A stretch of 40,003 nucleotides of DNA from a virus. The notes beneath the pieces are model-generated. The model was not told where the DNA came from. It searched no databases and was given only the letters and a program-made list of their open reading frames with translations. Below, one piece after another: positions 39,779-40,003 of this stretch (the first letter of the stretch is position 1; each line of letters starts with the position of its first letter). The stretch lies in IMG/VR virus record IMGVR_UViG_3300045988_056140; one strand, given 5' to 3'. Made by a program: the position numbers and the translations under genes.

Positions 39779-40003
39779 TCAGAACGGCAGATCACTGTCA
39801 TCTTCGTCAATCTCTGTGAAGCCCTGCGCCGGTTCCGCATAGCTGCCGGAATCGCTCTGCTTCTTGCTTTCACAGAATTCGTGGTGTTCGACAATGATTT
39901 CAGTCACATAGACCTTTTTGCCGTCCTTGTCATCATAGGTTCTTGTCTGAATACGGCCTTCAAGGGCAATCTTCATGCCTTTGTGAAGGTATCTTTGGCA
40001 GAA
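39779..40003 (-). CDS. ssb: Single-stranded DNA-binding protein, 3' part (39885-40003 duplicates 1-119)
   Basis: ...MKIALEGRIQTRTYDDKDGKKVYVTEIIVEHHEFCES...FTEIDEDDSDLPF, with the acidic SSB C-terminal tail. Confidence 0.9.
   Translation of the reverse strand, partial: FCQRYLHKGMKIALEGRIQTRTYDDKDGKKVYVTEIIVEHHEFCESKKQSDSGSYAEPAQGFTEIDEDDSDLPF
39885..40003. repeat. Exact 119-bp direct repeat, copy 2 (identical to 1..119)
   Basis: See copy 1. Confidence 0.95.

Larger units (their letters stand above)
1..40003. mobile_element. Complete circular temperate siphovirus-like phage genome (39,884 bp unique plus 119-bp end overlap)
   Basis: Full set of lysogeny, recombination/replication, packaging, head, tail and lysis modules. 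The window ends are identical over 119 bp and ssb is only intact when the ends are joined. Confidence 0.85.

Overview
The window is one complete, circularly closed temperate siphovirus-type phage or excised prophage genome. Bases 1-119 are identical to 39885-40003, so the unique length is 39,884 bp and the ssb gene is split across the window ends. Gene content suggests a Bacillota/Clostridia host: phiLC3/LL-H-like holin, amidase with CW_7 and SPOR domains, DUF1492 late regulator, PBSX-type TerL, large serine integrase. This host call is an inference. Almost everything is on the minus strand. Reading in the direction of transcription: early promoter at ~5400-5427, then small early genes, C5 methylase, and YqaJ exonuclease/DUF1351/RecT/SSB. 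After the circular junction come the Holliday-junction resolvase, replisome organizer and G39P-like loader. Next are a pentapeptide-repeat protein, a Lar-like protein and several zinc-ribbon ORFs, then the DUF1492 regulator. The late genes follow: TerS, an HExxH protein, TerL, portal, an HNH island and a MuF protein. A lysis cassette then sits inside the head module, followed by scaffold, capsid, connectors, major tail protein and the G/G-T chaperones. The tail module ends with two tape-measure genes and two Dit-Tal-RBP cassettes. The plus strand carries the lysogeny module (5.5-9.2 kb): CI-like repressor, membrane-anchored XRE protein, serine integrase and two small moron-like genes. It also carries one RHH gene at 30.35 kb. 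The most unusual observation is the tandem duplication, with deep divergence, of the whole tail-initiator/tail-tip gene set (TMP, Dit, Tal, RBP). Other points worth follow-up are a MuF protein with a toxin-like C-terminus plus a coupled small acidic ORF, a terminator-flanked GC-rich lysis cassette inside the head operon, and a candidate anti-restriction cluster. That cluster pairs a Lar-like ORF with a pentapeptide-repeat protein carrying a perfect 75-bp in-frame duplication. Also notable are a palindromic-operator genetic switch, a membrane-tethered HTH protein and a promoter-terminator leader ahead of terS. All family names come from motif recognition by eye and memory. No searches or computations were run.
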